A stretch of DNA of 64,000 bases from Opitutus sp. GAS368 (GCA_945861645.1 CAMAVZ010000004.1:1-64000); one strand, 5' to 3'; shown: positions 30,596-41,438, counted from the stretch's first letter. The notes: generated by a model not told the origin, from the letters alone. Numbers and translations: made by a program.

Positions 30596-32380
30596 ATGTC
30601 TGTTATTCATATTCTCACTGACCGAGTGGCCAATCAGATCGCGGCGGGCGAAGTGATTGAACGGCCCGCGGCTGTGGTGAAGGAATTAGTCGAAAATTCT
30701 TTGGATGCTGGCGCCACGCGTGTGGCAGTGGAATTTCGTGCCGGGGGCCGGGCGCTGATCCGCGTCGTCGATAATGGCTGCGGGATGACCCAAGAAGATG
30801 CCTTGCTCTCGCTCGAGCGGCACGCGACCAGCAAGTTAGTGGAGACGGCTGACTTGGACCGCCTCGGCACTTTCGGGTTTCGAGGCGAAGCAGTCCCCTC
30901 GATCGCGAGTGTCTCCCATTTTGAATTACAGACGCGCGTGGGGAGCGCCGCCGCCGGCACCGAGATTGTGATTAATGGCGGAAAATTTGTGCACGTGCGT
31001 GAATGCGGTCTTGCCCCGGGCACGAGCATTACCGTGTCGCATTTATTTAACTCCGTGCCCGCGCGGCGGAAATTTTTAAAAACGGATGCCACCGAGTCGG
31101 CGCACATTATTCAGACTGTCCGCTTATATGCCCTCGCGTGTCCCGCGACGGCTTTTGTGTTGATTGAGGATGGCCGCGTGCTGTTTCAGTCGCCGGTTTG
31201 TACCACGCTAGCGGAGCGAGTGGGGGAGATTTTTGGCCGGCAATTGGTGGCCGATTTGCTGCCGGTGGCGATGGCGGAGCCCGGTTTGAAATTGAGTGGG
31301 CTGATCGGTAAACCCGGAGTTAATCGATCGACGCGTCACGAATTGCTGATGTTCGTAAACCGGCGGCCGGTCGATAGCCGGACGCTTAATTACGCTTTGA
31401 TTGAATCCTATGCTACGGCCCTGGCGAAAGGCCGTTATCCGGTCGCCGTATTATTTCTCGAACTGGATCCGGCCGCGGTCGATGTGAACGTGCATCCGGC
31501 CAAGCGAGAGGTGCGCTTCCGCAGTGAAGGCGCCGTGCGCGGTTTTGTGATTCGGGCAGTATTGCAGCGATTACGCGAGTGGGGCGCGCCGGCCCCCAGA
31601 GTGGAACCGGCCAGCGCGGGACAAGTTCACCCTGCTGCGTCGGAGGTAATGCCGGGCGATCCCGTGAGCTTGGCCGCTCCCGCAACCGTGAATCTGCCGT
31701 CAACCGCGTTCGTGATTAAGCCGCCCGCAACGCCCTCCGCGCCCGCCATCGTCAGAACGGCTGCCGGCCCTTTAGCGGTGAGCGCACCGAGGGCCTCTGC
31801 GGCGCTGTTGGGCTGGCGCTTTCTGGGGACCGCGCATACCGACTATGCCTTGTGGGAAACGCCAAGCGGTTTGATGGTCTTGGATCGACGGGCCGCGCAC
31901 GAACGGGTGTGGTTCGAGCGTTTAGAAATGCAATTTAAGCAAGGAGCGGTTGCGAGTCAGCGTCTACTCTTTGCGATCCCGGTGGAATTTGACGCCATTG
32001 CGAGTGCCTTGTTAACCGACCAACTGACTTTTTTGCAACGCCATGGGTTTGAGGTCGCAGAATTTGGGCGTAATTTTTTCCGCATTGAGGCCGTGCCGGT
32101 TTGGTTGGAATCGAGTGATGCCGTTATTTTTTTGCGCGATATCATCGGCTTGATGCGCGACGGGCAGCTCGATGGGAAGAACCTTGATTTGGCCCGGACG
32201 GCCTTAGCCCAACTCGCAGCCCAGCAAGCGGTACGGTTGCCGAGCAGCCCTAACGAGACCGAGGCACTGGCGCTCGTGTCCCAACTTTTCGCCTGCACGC
32301 AACCCCATGCGAGTCCGGCTGGTCGGCCAACCCACTTTGAATTCAGTCGCGGTGAATTGCTGCGGCGGTTTCAGCGGTAA
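30596..32380 (+). CDS. mutL: DNA mismatch repair protein MutL
   Basis: IAAGEVIERP, ENSLDA, GFRGEA, DVNVHP.K.E; C-terminal domain with degenerate metal motifs. Confidence 0.95.
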   Translation: MSVIHILTDRVANQIAAGEVIERPAAVVKELVENSLDAGATRVAVEFRAGGRALIRVVDNGCGMTQEDALLSLERHATSKLVETADLDRLGTFGFRGEAVPSIASVSHFELQTRVGSAAAGTEIVINGGKFVHVRECGLAPGTSITVSHLFNSVPARRKFLKTDATESAHIIQTVRLYALACPATAFVLIEDGRVLFQSPVCTTLAERVGEIFGRQLVADLLPVAMAEPGLKLSGLIGKPGVNRSTRHELLMFVNRRPVDSRTLNYALIESYATALAKGRYPVAVLFLELDPAAVDVNVHPAKREVRFRSEGAVRGFVIRAVLQRLREWGAPAPRVEPASAGQVHPAASEVMPGDPVSLAAPATVNLPSTAFVIKPPATPSAPAIVRTAAGPLAVSAPRASAALLGWRFLGTAHTDYALWETPSGLMVLDRRAAHERVWFERLEMQFKQGAVASQRLLFAIPVEFDAIASALLTDQLTFLQRHGFEVAEFGRNFFRIEAVPVWLESSDAVIFLRDIIGLMRDGQLDGKNLDLARTALAQLAAQQAVRLPSSPNETEALALVSQLFACTQPHASPAGRPTHFEFSRGELLRRFQR

Positions 32381-32468
32381 GCTTAGTCAATGTTCATCCA
32401 ATCGTCATGTGGGCCCGATATTCCTAACTTGCCTGCCGCAACGGCACGATTTGTGATCTATTCTTTCC

Positions 32469-34964
32469 ATGCCTGTTAAAAGCAAAGCGAGTCGCTCGGC
32501 TAGTCGTGCTCCCCAGCCAGCAGTAAAACCGCCGCAGGTGGACCTGCGTCCGCTGATTGAACGGCATTTGATCTCAACCTTGGCGCGGCATCCGGCCTCG
32601 GCGACCCCGCGCGACTGGTGGGTCGCGACCGCGCTCGCGGTACGGGATACGATTCATGAGCGCATGATTGCGACGCAGCGGCGGCATAATGAGAAAAATG
32701 TCCGCCGGCTTTATTATTTCTCGCTCGAGTATTTGATGGGTCGACTATTCGGAAATAATTTACTCGCGACCGATCTGTTGGATGCGGCGCGCCTTGCGCT
32801 CGAAGCCTTGGGGCAGGATTTCGAGCAAATTCGCGAGGCCGAGGCTGATATGGGGTTAGGCAATGGCGGGTTGGGTCGTTTGGCGGCCTGCTTTCTCGAT
32901 TCGCTCGCGACGTTAGATTATCCTGCGCTTGGCTACGGGATTTATTATGAATTTGGCCTTTTTAAACAGGCCTTTCAACAAGGACATCAAGTGGAGCGCC
33001 CTGATAATTGGATAATTTTTGGCAGTCCTTGGGAAGTGGTGCGGCCAGACTATGCGCAAGAAGTGCGCCTCTTTGGTCGCGTCGAAAATGTTTTTGATGA
33101 CCGCGGAAATGCTCGTCCCCGCTGGGTAGATACGAAGACCATCTTGGGGGTGCCGCATGATATTCCCATCGCCGGCTACGGGACCACGACCGTTAATTTG
33201 CTGCGGCTCTGGGCTTCCAAATCAACGGAAGATTTCGACCTCGAGGCTTTTAATCGCGGTGGTTACGTCGAGGCCGTACGGGAGAAGGCGATCGGTGAGA
33301 CGGTCTCAAAAGTGCTTTACCCGAACGATAAAACTGAAAACGGCAAAGAGCTGCGGTTAATGCAGCAGTATTTTTTTGTGGCGTGTTCATTGCGCGATAT
33401 CATCCGCCGCCATTTCCGCCAGCCGGCCAACTCATGGGATAATTTTTCGGACAAGGTCGCGGTCCAGCTCAATGACACTCATCCCGCCATCGCGATCGTC
33501 GAATTGCTGCGGATTTTGTTAGATGAAGAAAATATGGCGTGGGCCGACGCTTGGGCCATTACGCGCCGGACTTTTGCTTACACGAACCACACCCTTTTGC
33601 CCGAGGCCCTCGAGAAATGGACCGTGGAGCTCTTTGAGCGACTTTTACCGCGTCATTTGCAGATAATCTATGTCCTCAATGAGCAACTGCTGCTGGCGGT
33701 CGAACGGCAATGGCCTGGTGATAATGGGAAGAAAACCGTTTGCTCCCTGATTGAAGAAAATGGCCATAAGCAGGTGCGCATGGCGAATCTCTCCGTGGTC
33801 GGCTCGCATACTGTTAACGGCGTAGCGGAGATTCACACGGCATTATTAAAGCAGAATCTTTTTCCGGAATTTAACGAACTTTACCCCGGTAAATTTCAAA
33901 ATAAGACCAATGGCATCACCCCGCGCCGTTGGCTGCTGAAGAGCAACCCGCGCTTAGCGGCACTTCTCACGCGAACATTGGGGCAGGCGGATTGGGTGCG
34001 TAATCTCGATCTGCTGCGCGGCTTGGAGAAATTTGCCGAGGAGCCGGCCTTTCAGCGCGAGTTCATGGCGATCAAACGGGCCAATAAGGTCGATTTAGCT
34101 GCGGTCATCAAAACGGAGTGCGGCCTCGTGGTTTCGCCTGATGCTATTTTCGATGTGCAGATCAAGCGACTGCATGAATACAAGCGGCAGCATTTAAATT
34201 TGCTCCATATCATGACGCTCTATCGTCGCTTGTTGCAAAATCCCGCGCTCGATTTGGTGCCACGAGTCTTTATCTTTGGGGCGAAAGCTGCCCCGGGCTA
34301 TGACTTAGCGAAAAACATTATTCGCGCCATTAATGTGATTGGCGCGCACATCAATGCGGACGAGCGTCTCGGCGGTAAGCTGAAGGTGGCGTTCCTGCCG
34401 AATTATCGGGTGTCACTCGCAGAGAAAATTATTCCAGCTGCCGATCTTTCGGAGCAGATTTCTACCGCCGGTAAAGAAGCCTCGGGTACCGGCAACATGA
34501 AGCTCTCGCTCAACGGGGCGCTGACGATTGGCACGCTCGATGGGGCTAATGTGGAGATTCGGGATGAAGTGGGGACCGATAATATTTTTATCTTTGGCCT
34601 GACGGTGGAAGCGGTGGTCGCGCTCACGGCTAAAGGCTACTATTCGCAGGATTACTATCAGGCGGATGCAGAACTGCGCGCCATCATTGACTGGCTAGGG
34701 AGTGATTATTTTACGCCGGGCGAACCGGGCGCTTTTGGTCCGTTGCATCATAGCCTGCTGGCCGGGGGCGATCCATTTTTGCTGCTCGCCGATTATCGCA
34801 GCTATTGCACCGCGCAGGCTTGCGCCGATCAGGCTTATCGTGATCCGGCGCAGTGGGCGCGGCGGGCGATCTTGAACACCGCTCGATTGGGGAAATTTTC
34901 GAGCGACCGGACGATTCGGGAATACGCGAAGGATATTTGGCATCTCCCCGCGGTCGAAGTCTGA
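32469..34964 (+). CDS. glgP: Glycogen/alpha-glucan phosphorylase
   Basis: [41 protein letters not shown] (PLP Lys). Confidence 0.97.
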   Translation: MPVKSKASRSASRAPQPAVKPPQVDLRPLIERHLISTLARHPASATPRDWWVATALAVRDTIHERMIATQRRHNEKNVRRLYYFSLEYLMGRLFGNNLLATDLLDAARLALEALGQDFEQIREAEADMGLGNGGLGRLAACFLDSLATLDYPALGYGIYYEFGLFKQAFQQGHQVERPDNWIIFGSPWEVVRPDYAQEVRLFGRVENVFDDRGNARPRWVDTKTILGVPHDIPIAGYGTTTVNLLRLWASKSTEDFDLEAFNRGGYVEAVREKAIGETVSKVLYPNDKTENGKELRLMQQYFFVACSLRDIIRRHFRQPANSWDNFSDKVAVQLNDTHPAIAIVELLRILLDEENMAWADAWAITRRTFAYTNHTLLPEALEKWTVELFERLLPRHLQIIYVLNEQLLLAVERQWPGDNGKKTVCSLIEENGHKQVRMANLSVVGSHTVNGVAEIHTALLKQNLFPEFNELYPGKFQNKTNGITPRRWLLKSNPRLAALLTRTLGQADWVRNLDLLRGLEKFAEEPAFQREFMAIKRANKVDLAAVIKTECGLVVSPDAIFDVQIKRLHEYKRQHLNLLHIMTLYRRLLQNPALDLVPRVFIFGAKAAPGYDLAKNIIRAINVIGAHINADERLGGKLKVAFLPNYRVSLAEKIIPAADLSEQISTAGKEASGTGNMKLSLNGALTIGTLDGANVEIRDEVGTDNIFIFGLTVEAVVALTAKGYYSQDYYQADAELRAIIDWLGSDYFTPGEPGAFGPLHHSLLAGGDPFLLLADYRSYCTAQACADQAYRDPAQWARRAILNTARLGKFSSDRTIREYAKDIWHLPAVEV

Positions 34965-35109
34965 AGCCGCGCGGTTGTCTCGGTGGGTGCACCGCGGTTT
35001 AAATTGGTCGTCGGGGCGGAATGCATGATTGAATTGCTCGCGGGCTTGGCGCAACTTACCGAGCGGTTAGTCGCGTTCAGCAAATATTATCCCCACCTGA
35101 ATTAATTCT

Positions 35110-36372
35110 ATGAATCGTCTCCAAGGTTTAATTGGTATCGCGCTCATCATAGGTCTGGCGGTGCTTTTCTCTAATAATCGCCGCCGGATTAATCGGCGAC
35201 TCGTGCTGAGTGGAATTGCCCTTCAGGTCATCATTGCGGTTTTGATTTTTCACGTCGGCCCCGTCGCGCAATTTTTTCAACTCGTGGGTCAAGGCATTGG
35301 TAAATTAGAGGGGTTTGCCCGCGCCGGCGCGGCTTTCGTTTACGGCGGGATTGCGGTGGAACAGGGAGCGGGGCACATCGCCAATTACATGGGGGGCGGG
35401 TTCGTTTTCGCTTTTAATGTTACCGCGACGATTATTTTAGTCTGCGCCTTGGTGGCGGTGCTGTACCATTATGGTATTATGCAGCGCATCGTGGCGCTCG
35501 TGGCGCGGGCCATGAATTTTATTATGCGGGTCAGCGGAGCCGAGGCGCTCAGCAACGTGGCCAGTGCTTTGGTCGGGCAAGTGGAGGCTCAGGTCATGAT
35601 CCGCCCCTATCTGGCGGGGATGACGAAGAGTGAGTTATTGGCCTCGATGAGTGGCAGTCTCGCCTGCATCGCCGGCGGAATTCTCGTCGTCTATGTTAAT
35701 ATGGGGGCGCAGGCCGGCCTCGATTTAGCGCCGAAATTAATCACCGCTAGTTTAATGGCGGCGCCCGGTGCGCTGGTAATCGCAAAAATTGTTTTCCCGG
35801 AAACCGAAGAAAGCCAGACGATGGGGCAGGTGAAGCTCGCGGTTAAAAGTGATTACACGAATGTGATTGATGCTATTTCCCACGGCGCTGGCGATGGGTT
35901 CAAAATTGCCATGAACGTGATCGCCATGCTCATCGGATTCATTGCCGTCATCGCCTGTATTGATTGGGTGATGGTTTCGATCGGGCATTTTTTTAATCCG
36001 CATTTTGATCTCACCCTGAATTGGATTTTTGGAAAATTATTCTACCCGATGGCTTGGGCGATGGGCGTGCCCAGCGTTGATCTTAATAATGTGGCGACGC
36101 TCCTCGGCCAAAAATTGACAATTAATGAATTCGTCGCGTTTAAGAGTCTGACCGATAAAGCGGTCCCGATTATCACCGAGAAAGGGCTGTTAATCGTGAG
36201 TATCGCGATCTGCGGCTTTGCGAATTTTAGTAGCGTCGGCATGCAAATTGGCGGCATCGGCGCACTGGTGCCAGAACGCCGGGCGGACTTGGCTAATTTG
36301 GGCATGAAGGCATTGTTTTGCGGCACGTTAGCCTCTTACTTGTCCGCCACGATCGCTGGTTTAGTCATTTAA
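35110..36372 (+). CDS. NupC/CNT family nucleoside:cation symporter
   Basis: Multi-TM; GQ.EA, LMAAP, K..INEFVA, ICGFAN.SS motifs. Confidence 0.93.
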   Translation: MNRLQGLIGIALIIGLAVLFSNNRRRINRRLVLSGIALQVIIAVLIFHVGPVAQFFQLVGQGIGKLEGFARAGAAFVYGGIAVEQGAGHIANYMGGGFVFAFNVTATIILVCALVAVLYHYGIMQRIVALVARAMNFIMRVSGAEALSNVASALVGQVEAQVMIRPYLAGMTKSELLASMSGSLACIAGGILVVYVNMGAQAGLDLAPKLITASLMAAPGALVIAKIVFPETEESQTMGQVKLAVKSDYTNVIDAISHGAGDGFKIAMNVIAMLIGFIAVIACIDWVMVSIGHFFNPHFDLTLNWIFGKLFYPMAWAMGVPSVDLNNVATLLGQKLTINEFVAFKSLTDKAVPIITEKGLLIVSIAICGFANFSSVGMQIGGIGALVPERRADLANLGMKALFCGTLASYLSATIAGLVI

Positions 36373-36376
36373 GCAG

Positions 36377-36901
36377 ATGGATCTCCCACGACAACTTGAA
36401 CGTCACCTCGGTCAAACGCCCCAGACTGGGTCCGCGGCTTTTGTCGCGCCCAATGCCACGGTGCTGGGGGATGTGACCCTGGGGGCACAAAGCAGTGTCT
36501 GGTACGGCGCGGTGCTGCGCGGCGATATCAATTCAATCGTGATCGGCGAGGGCACTAACATACAGGATTTAGCCGTCATACATTTGGCCGATAATTATGG
36601 GGTTACGATTGGCCGCTATACGACAATTGGACACAGCGCGATTATTCACGCCTGCGCTATTGGTGACGAATGCCTCATTGGCATGGGGGCCACCATTCTG
36701 GATGGAGCTAAAATCGGTGATCACTGCATTGTGGGGGCTAACGCGCTCGTCACCCAGCGCTTTGTGGCGCCCCCCGGTTCGATGATTCTTGGGTCTCCGG
36801 CGAAGGTGGTGCGTCCCCTGACTGCATTAGAGAAAAATAGCCTACGGGGCTGGGCGGAGAAATACGTGACCACGGCGCAGGCGCACGCGGCGCGGGCTTA
36901 G
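36377..36901 (+). CDS. Gamma carbonic anhydrase family protein (YrdA-like)
   Basis: Hexapeptide repeats, LRGD, NIQD..VIH, IGH..IIH. Confidence 0.92.
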   Translation: MDLPRQLERHLGQTPQTGSAAFVAPNATVLGDVTLGAQSSVWYGAVLRGDINSIVIGEGTNIQDLAVIHLADNYGVTIGRYTTIGHSAIIHACAIGDECLIGMGATILDGAKIGDHCIVGANALVTQRFVAPPGSMILGSPAKVVRPLTALEKNSLRGWAEKYVTTAQAHAARA

Positions 36902-36911
36902 GCTTCCGCCC

Positions 36912-37442
36912 CTATCTTTCGAGATTTAAGAAGGTATAGCGATAATGCGCGTCTCGGCTTTCGCGTCGCCCCGTCTCACGCCAGTGTGATTGCCGCCATT
37001 CTGGAAAGTAGGTATCGCCGGGCACCTCGGCGTGCACGAGGGTCATTAAGATGCGCTGTGCGATGGGCAGGGTCTCTTCGTAAATGCGTTGGCCGCCGCA
37101 GATCATGATATCCCCAGGTAAAGTTTGGGCCAAGGCCAAGGCGGCCGTGACATTCGTCGCGAGGTGGACGGGCTTCGCCGCCTCGCCTGGTCGCGTTCGT
37201 TGCAAGTGAGCGAGGTGTTGATTAACGCGTTCTGGTTGCGAGGTAATGACCACGGACTGACGCCCCTCGGTGAGCACTTGGGGCCACGTTTCAAAACAAA
37301 TCCGGCCCAGCACGACAGTCTGGTGGGCGGTTTTTTCATGAAACCACTGTTGGTCTTCCGGGATGCGAAACGGAAGTTTGCCGGCGCGGCCGATGACGCG
37401 ATTTTCCGCGCAGGCGACAATCAAAGTAAGGAGCTTGGGCAT
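36912..37442 (-). CDS. folA: Dihydrofolate reductase (divergent)
   Basis: AENRVIG..GKLP, PED, LGR, GG..IY, GDTYFP. Confidence 0.88.
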   Translation of the reverse strand: MPKLLTLIVACAENRVIGRAGKLPFRIPEDQQWFHEKTAHQTVVLGRICFETWPQVLTEGRQSVVITSQPERVNQHLAHLQRTRPGEAAKPVHLATNVTAALALAQTLPGDIMICGGQRIYEETLPIAQRILMTLVHAEVPGDTYFPEWRQSHWRETGRRESRDAHYRYTFLNLER

Positions 37443-37585
37443 CTGTGGGTTAGGCACTAACGGAACGCCCGGATCGATCGGCAAGTATAATTTTAAAGCA
37501 TGGTGGTTAATAGCCTTGGTTTAGGCTGAACGAACTCAGGGAGGCTCCTTGTGTTTCCCCCTCTGGCTGCTATGCACAAGGGCCT

Positions 37586-38677
37586 ATGATTATCGGCGTC
37601 CCGAAAGAAATTAAAATTGGCGAAACGCGCGTTTCGATGACACCTAGTCTCTGTCGTCGCGTGACTGCGCTCGGCGGCAAGGTGCTCCTCGAAAAATCAG
37701 CTGGCGACAGTGCTGGCTTTACCGATGCGGAATATAAGTCAGCGGGAGCCACCCTCGTCGTCACGGCCGCGAAGGTTTGGAAGAACGCCGATGTGATTGT
37801 GAAAGTTAAGGAGCCGCTGGCCGCTGAATATCATTTCCTCCAGCAGGGCCAAACCCTCTTCACCTATTTGCACCTCGCGGCGGGCCCGGCACTGGCCAAG
37901 GAATTGTGCCGGAAGAATATTCTGGGTATTGCCTACGAAACGGTGGAAGGCTCTGACGGAGCGTTTCCGCTGCTCAAGCCCATGTCGCAGATCGCCGGAC
38001 GGCTTTCGATTCAGATTGGGGCTTATTTTTTGCAATCCCAACACGGTGGCTCCGGCGTTCTCCTCGGGGGCATCCCAGGCACGATGCCGGGTCATGTCGT
38101 GGTGGTGGGAGCGGGTAATTCCGGCGCGCACGCGGTGCAAATGGCGGCGGGCATGGGGGCGCGCGTGACGGTCCTCGATCTGGATACGCGCAAATTAGAG
38201 GCGCTTGATACCGAGTATCGCGGTCGTATTGTCACGCTCATGTCTAATCCGGCCAATATCGAACAAGCTGTGGCAGATGCTGATCTACTGATCGGCGCCG
38301 TACTAATCCCTGCGGCGAAGGCGCCAATTGTGGTTTCAGGGAAAATGGTGGCGCAAATGCGGCCCGGCAGTGTGATTTGCGATATCGCGATCGACCAAGG
38401 CGGTTGCATCGAAACGATCCAAGCGACTTCGCACCAGAAGCCCACTTACCAAGCGCATGGGGTGATTCATTATGCGGTGCCCAATATGCCGGCGCTCGTC
38501 GGGCGCACGTCTACCATGGGCCTGACGCAGGCCACCGAGCCTTTTATCGCGATGATGGTGCAGAAAGGCGTGGAGCAAGCGCTGAGCGAGCACAAGGGCC
38601 TCGCTCGCGGAGTGAATACGCGCAACGGCCGCATCACTTATGAGGCGGTGGCCAAGGCGGTGGGTTTTGATTCGTAA
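37586..38677 (+). CDS. ald: Alanine dehydrogenase
   Basis: IGVPKEIK..E.RV, KVKEP, YLHLA, PMS.IAGR, DIAIDQGG, VPNMP. Confidence 0.95.
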   Translation: MIIGVPKEIKIGETRVSMTPSLCRRVTALGGKVLLEKSAGDSAGFTDAEYKSAGATLVVTAAKVWKNADVIVKVKEPLAAEYHFLQQGQTLFTYLHLAAGPALAKELCRKNILGIAYETVEGSDGAFPLLKPMSQIAGRLSIQIGAYFLQSQHGGSGVLLGGIPGTMPGHVVVVGAGNSGAHAVQMAAGMGARVTVLDLDTRKLEALDTEYRGRIVTLMSNPANIEQAVADADLLIGAVLIPAAKAPIVVSGKMVAQMRPGSVICDIAIDQGGCIETIQATSHQKPTYQAHGVIHYAVPNMPALVGRTSTMGLTQATEPFIAMMVQKGVEQALSEHKGLARGVNTRNGRITYEAVAKAVGFDS

Positions 38678-38694
38678 GCGCGCAACGTAACCGC

Positions 38695-38729
38695 AAAAAA
38701 ACCCGGCAGCGCGAGCCACCGGGTTTTTT
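38695..38729. terminator. Bidirectional terminator between ald and cyclophilin gene
   Basis: A run-CCCGG...CCGGG-T6. Confidence 0.75.
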
Positions 38730-38771
38730 ATGGCAAGGAATCGGCTGAGTTAATTCAGCCCTGTGCCGGCC

Positions 38772-39296
38772 TTAGGGCTGAGCGACGATGGTGATGCTTT
38801 CGAGGGCGACCCGATCGATCGGGGTGCTCTTCTCGCCACCACCACCGGATTGGGTGGGAACGTTGGCGAGTTGTTCCAGCACATCATCGCCCGCGATGAG
38901 TTGGCCGAAGCCGGTATATTGGTTATCCAGAAATTTAGCGTCCCCGTGGCAGAGGAAAAATTGCGAACCCGCGGAATCAGGGTGCGAGGAGCGCGCCATC
39001 GAGATGACGCCGCGGACGTGAGATTTTTTGTTAAACTCAGCCTTAATTTTGTAGCCTGGATCACCGGTGCCGGGCATGCCGGTCTGGCCGGCCTTGGTGT
39101 TGGGGCAACCCCCTTGGATCATAAAGCCCTTGATGATGCGGTGGAAGGCGGTGCCGTTGTAATAGCCGGCGCGGGCAAGCTTTTTGAAATTCTCAACGGT
39201 CGCGGGGGCGACGTCGATCCAGAAAGCGAGGGTCATTTCGCCGTAGCTAGTTTTTAGCACGGCAACTTCAGTGGTGGAGGGGGAGGCTTTGCTCAT
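38772..39296 (-). CDS. Cyclophilin-type peptidyl-prolyl cis-trans isomerase
   Basis: FHRII.GFMIQGG, SMARS, SAGSQFF, LD.QYT.FG. Confidence 0.95.
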   Translation of the reverse strand: MSKASPSTTEVAVLKTSYGEMTLAFWIDVAPATVENFKKLARAGYYNGTAFHRIIKGFMIQGGCPNTKAGQTGMPGTGDPGYKIKAEFNKKSHVRGVISMARSSHPDSAGSQFFLCHGDAKFLDNQYTGFGQLIAGDDVLEQLANVPTQSGGGGEKSTPIDRVALESITIVAQP

Positions 39297-39376
39297 AAGG
39301 GCGGATCAAAACCTTTCGGTCTGCCAGGCCGCAAGAACCAAATGGACAGCCGCGACGGCCCTTGCCTGACTAACGT

Positions 39377-40447
39377 GTGCGTTTCACCCAGATCACTTTG
39401 CAAGGCTTTCGCAATCTGCCGCTCGTCGCGGTTGAGTTGCGGGGCCCACGGACATTTTTGTGTGGGGCGAATGCGCAGGGAAAGACGAATTTTTTAGAAG
39501 CGGCCGGTTATGTAACCGCATTGCGGTCCTTTCGTGGGGCCGAGACGCGGGCGCTAATCGGGCTTCACCAGACCCAAGCGGGGTTAGCTTTTTCCCTCGA
39601 ACATGAACAATTTGGCGCGAGCCGGATCACGGTTATGTTGACGGCGCAAACCCGCGAGGTGCAGTGGGAGCAGGGCCGCGTCACGCGGTTGGCCGACTTT
39701 ATTGGAAAATTCCCTACCGTAGTTTTTTCCTCGCACGATAATCAATTTCTCCGCGGCTCTCCCGCGCTGCGCCGCCGTTGGTTGGATCTTACTTTGGCGG
39801 CGATGGATCCGAGCTATCTCATCGCGCTGCAAGCGTACACGCGCGCCTTGGCGGAAAGAAATATGCTCTTGAAGCAAGGGGGGCGGGATCTGGGTGCCCT
39901 TGATGCGTTTGAGCATGAGTTGTCCGTGCATGCGCTCACTTTATTTGCGCAACGGGCGGTGGGGGTCACTGAATTGAGCCGCCAGTTTCAGATCGCTCAT
40001 GCCAAGTTGGGTCCAGTGGGGGAGACGGCCGGTTTGATCTACGCGCCGGATGCGGCTCCGGGCACCCGCGAGGAATTTGCCGCCTTACTCCTGAAAAGTC
40101 GTCCCCGAGATGGCTTACTGAAAGCCACCGAGCATGGGCCGCACCGCGATGATTTGGATTTATTGCTCAATGGTCGACCCGCCAAGCAATTCGCGTCGGA
40201 GGGGCAGCAGCGTTGCCTCGTCATCGCTTTACGATTGGCCCAGGCGGCTTATTTTAAAGCGAAGAGTGGCGTCACGCCGGTGCTGCTTTGTGATGATGTT
40301 TTGGGCGAACTCGATCCCGAGCGACGCGCCCGCTTCTGGGCGTCGTTGGAGGGCGAGCCGCAGGTCATTGCGACAGGAACAAGTTTACCAGAAGTAACGG
40401 CCGATTGGCAGGTGCTCACCGTGGCCGAGGGGAGCATTTCAGCATGA
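39377..40447 (+). CDS. recF: DNA replication/repair protein RecF
   Basis: FRN, GANAQGKT, GPHRDD, SEGQQ, LLCDDV..ELD; GTG start. Confidence 0.95.
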   Translation: MRFTQITLQGFRNLPLVAVELRGPRTFLCGANAQGKTNFLEAAGYVTALRSFRGAETRALIGLHQTQAGLAFSLEHEQFGASRITVMLTAQTREVQWEQGRVTRLADFIGKFPTVVFSSHDNQFLRGSPALRRRWLDLTLAAMDPSYLIALQAYTRALAERNMLLKQGGRDLGALDAFEHELSVHALTLFAQRAVGVTELSRQFQIAHAKLGPVGETAGLIYAPDAAPGTREEFAALLLKSRPRDGLLKATEHGPHRDDLDLLLNGRPAKQFASEGQQRCLVIALRLAQAAYFKAKSGVTPVLLCDDVLGELDPERRARFWASLEGEPQVIATGTSLPEVTADWQVLTVAEGSISA

Positions 40448-40505
40448 GAAGATCGCGGCTAGAATTTATGATTTCGTGGTCGCACGCAAAGCGGAGGATA
40501 GACCG

Positions 40506-41252
40506 ATGACCTTTGATCTGGGGCAATGGGTGCTGTTATTTCTCGGGGCCCTAGTCGTGGGATTAGCGAAGACCGGTATCCCGGGAGTCAGCATTTTATT
40601 TGTGGGCCTGCTCGCCAATGCGATGCCGGCCCGACAGGCAACGGGGGTGATTTTGCCCCTCCTGATTTTGGGCGATGTTTTTGGGGTATTGCTTTATCGG
40701 CGGCATACGGAGTGGCGACATTTGGGGAAATTATTTCCCTGGACGATGGCCGGGGTGGTGATCGGCTGGTTGGCGCTCGGCCATATTGACGATGGGCAGA
40801 CGAGGCGATTACTTGGAGCGATCCTCGCCGTGATGCTGATCTTGCATTACTGGCGAAAATTTCGGCCCGCTCCCGATGATACTTTGGTCGCACATGCTCC
40901 GCTCTGGGTGGCGGCTGGCACCGGCTTGTTGGCTGGGTTCACCACTTTGGTGGCGAATGCGGCGGGATCGGTGATGACTATTTACCTACTGGCCATGCGC
41001 CTGCCTAAGATGGGCTTTCTCGGTACCAATGCGGTTTTCTTTCTCTTACTCAATTGGTTCAAGGTGCCCTTCATGGTTAATTTAGGGCTCATTAACCACG
41101 ACAGCTTGGCCTTAAATCTTAAGTTGGCCCCCGCGGTCATCGTGGGTTGCCTCATCGGCCGTTATGCAGCGGCCAGAATGAACCAGCAGGTGTTCGAGCA
41201 GACCGCTTTGCTCTTAACCGGCCTAGCGACGGTTAAATTGCTTATCTTTTAA
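40506..41252 (+). CDS. TauE/SafE (TSUP) family membrane exporter
   Basis: About 8 TM segments; GLAKTG.PG and AGFTT.VANAAG repeats. Confidence 0.85.
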   Translation: MTFDLGQWVLLFLGALVVGLAKTGIPGVSILFVGLLANAMPARQATGVILPLLILGDVFGVLLYRRHTEWRHLGKLFPWTMAGVVIGWLALGHIDDGQTRRLLGAILAVMLILHYWRKFRPAPDDTLVAHAPLWVAAGTGLLAGFTTLVANAAGSVMTIYLLAMRLPKMGFLGTNAVFFLLLNWFKVPFMVNLGLINHDSLALNLKLAPAVIVGCLIGRYAAARMNQQVFEQTALLLTGLATVKLLIF

Positions 41253-41401
41253 AATTTAGGGTCGAATGAATCAGGGCGTGAGCTCTAGGGGAAGCATGTT
41301 AGGGAATTTAGCCACTGAGGGGAAAATCGAGTCGCAAGACACTCCCCCGGTTAAGGCCGGAGTCTCGCCGCGAATTTAACGATACCCAGCGCCGCGGAGC
41401 A

Positions 41402-41438
41402 CGCTCGGTTGGTAATATATTATATTACAAACCGAGCG
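41402..41438. repeat. 37-bp near-perfect inverted repeat (candidate operator or cruciform)
   Basis: CGCTCGGTTgGTAATATA-T-TATATTACaAACCGAGCG; 17 of 18 pairs. Confidence 0.85.

Noticed and set aside
32442..32457. Sigma-54-like CGGCACGATTTGTGA upstream of glgP
   Set aside because: The -12 position reads GA rather than the required GC.
41403..41430. dif (XerCD) site
   Set aside because: Only the XerD-like arm resembles consensus; the XerC arm lacks the inner TAA at 6-bp spacing. Kept as an unexplained palindrome.
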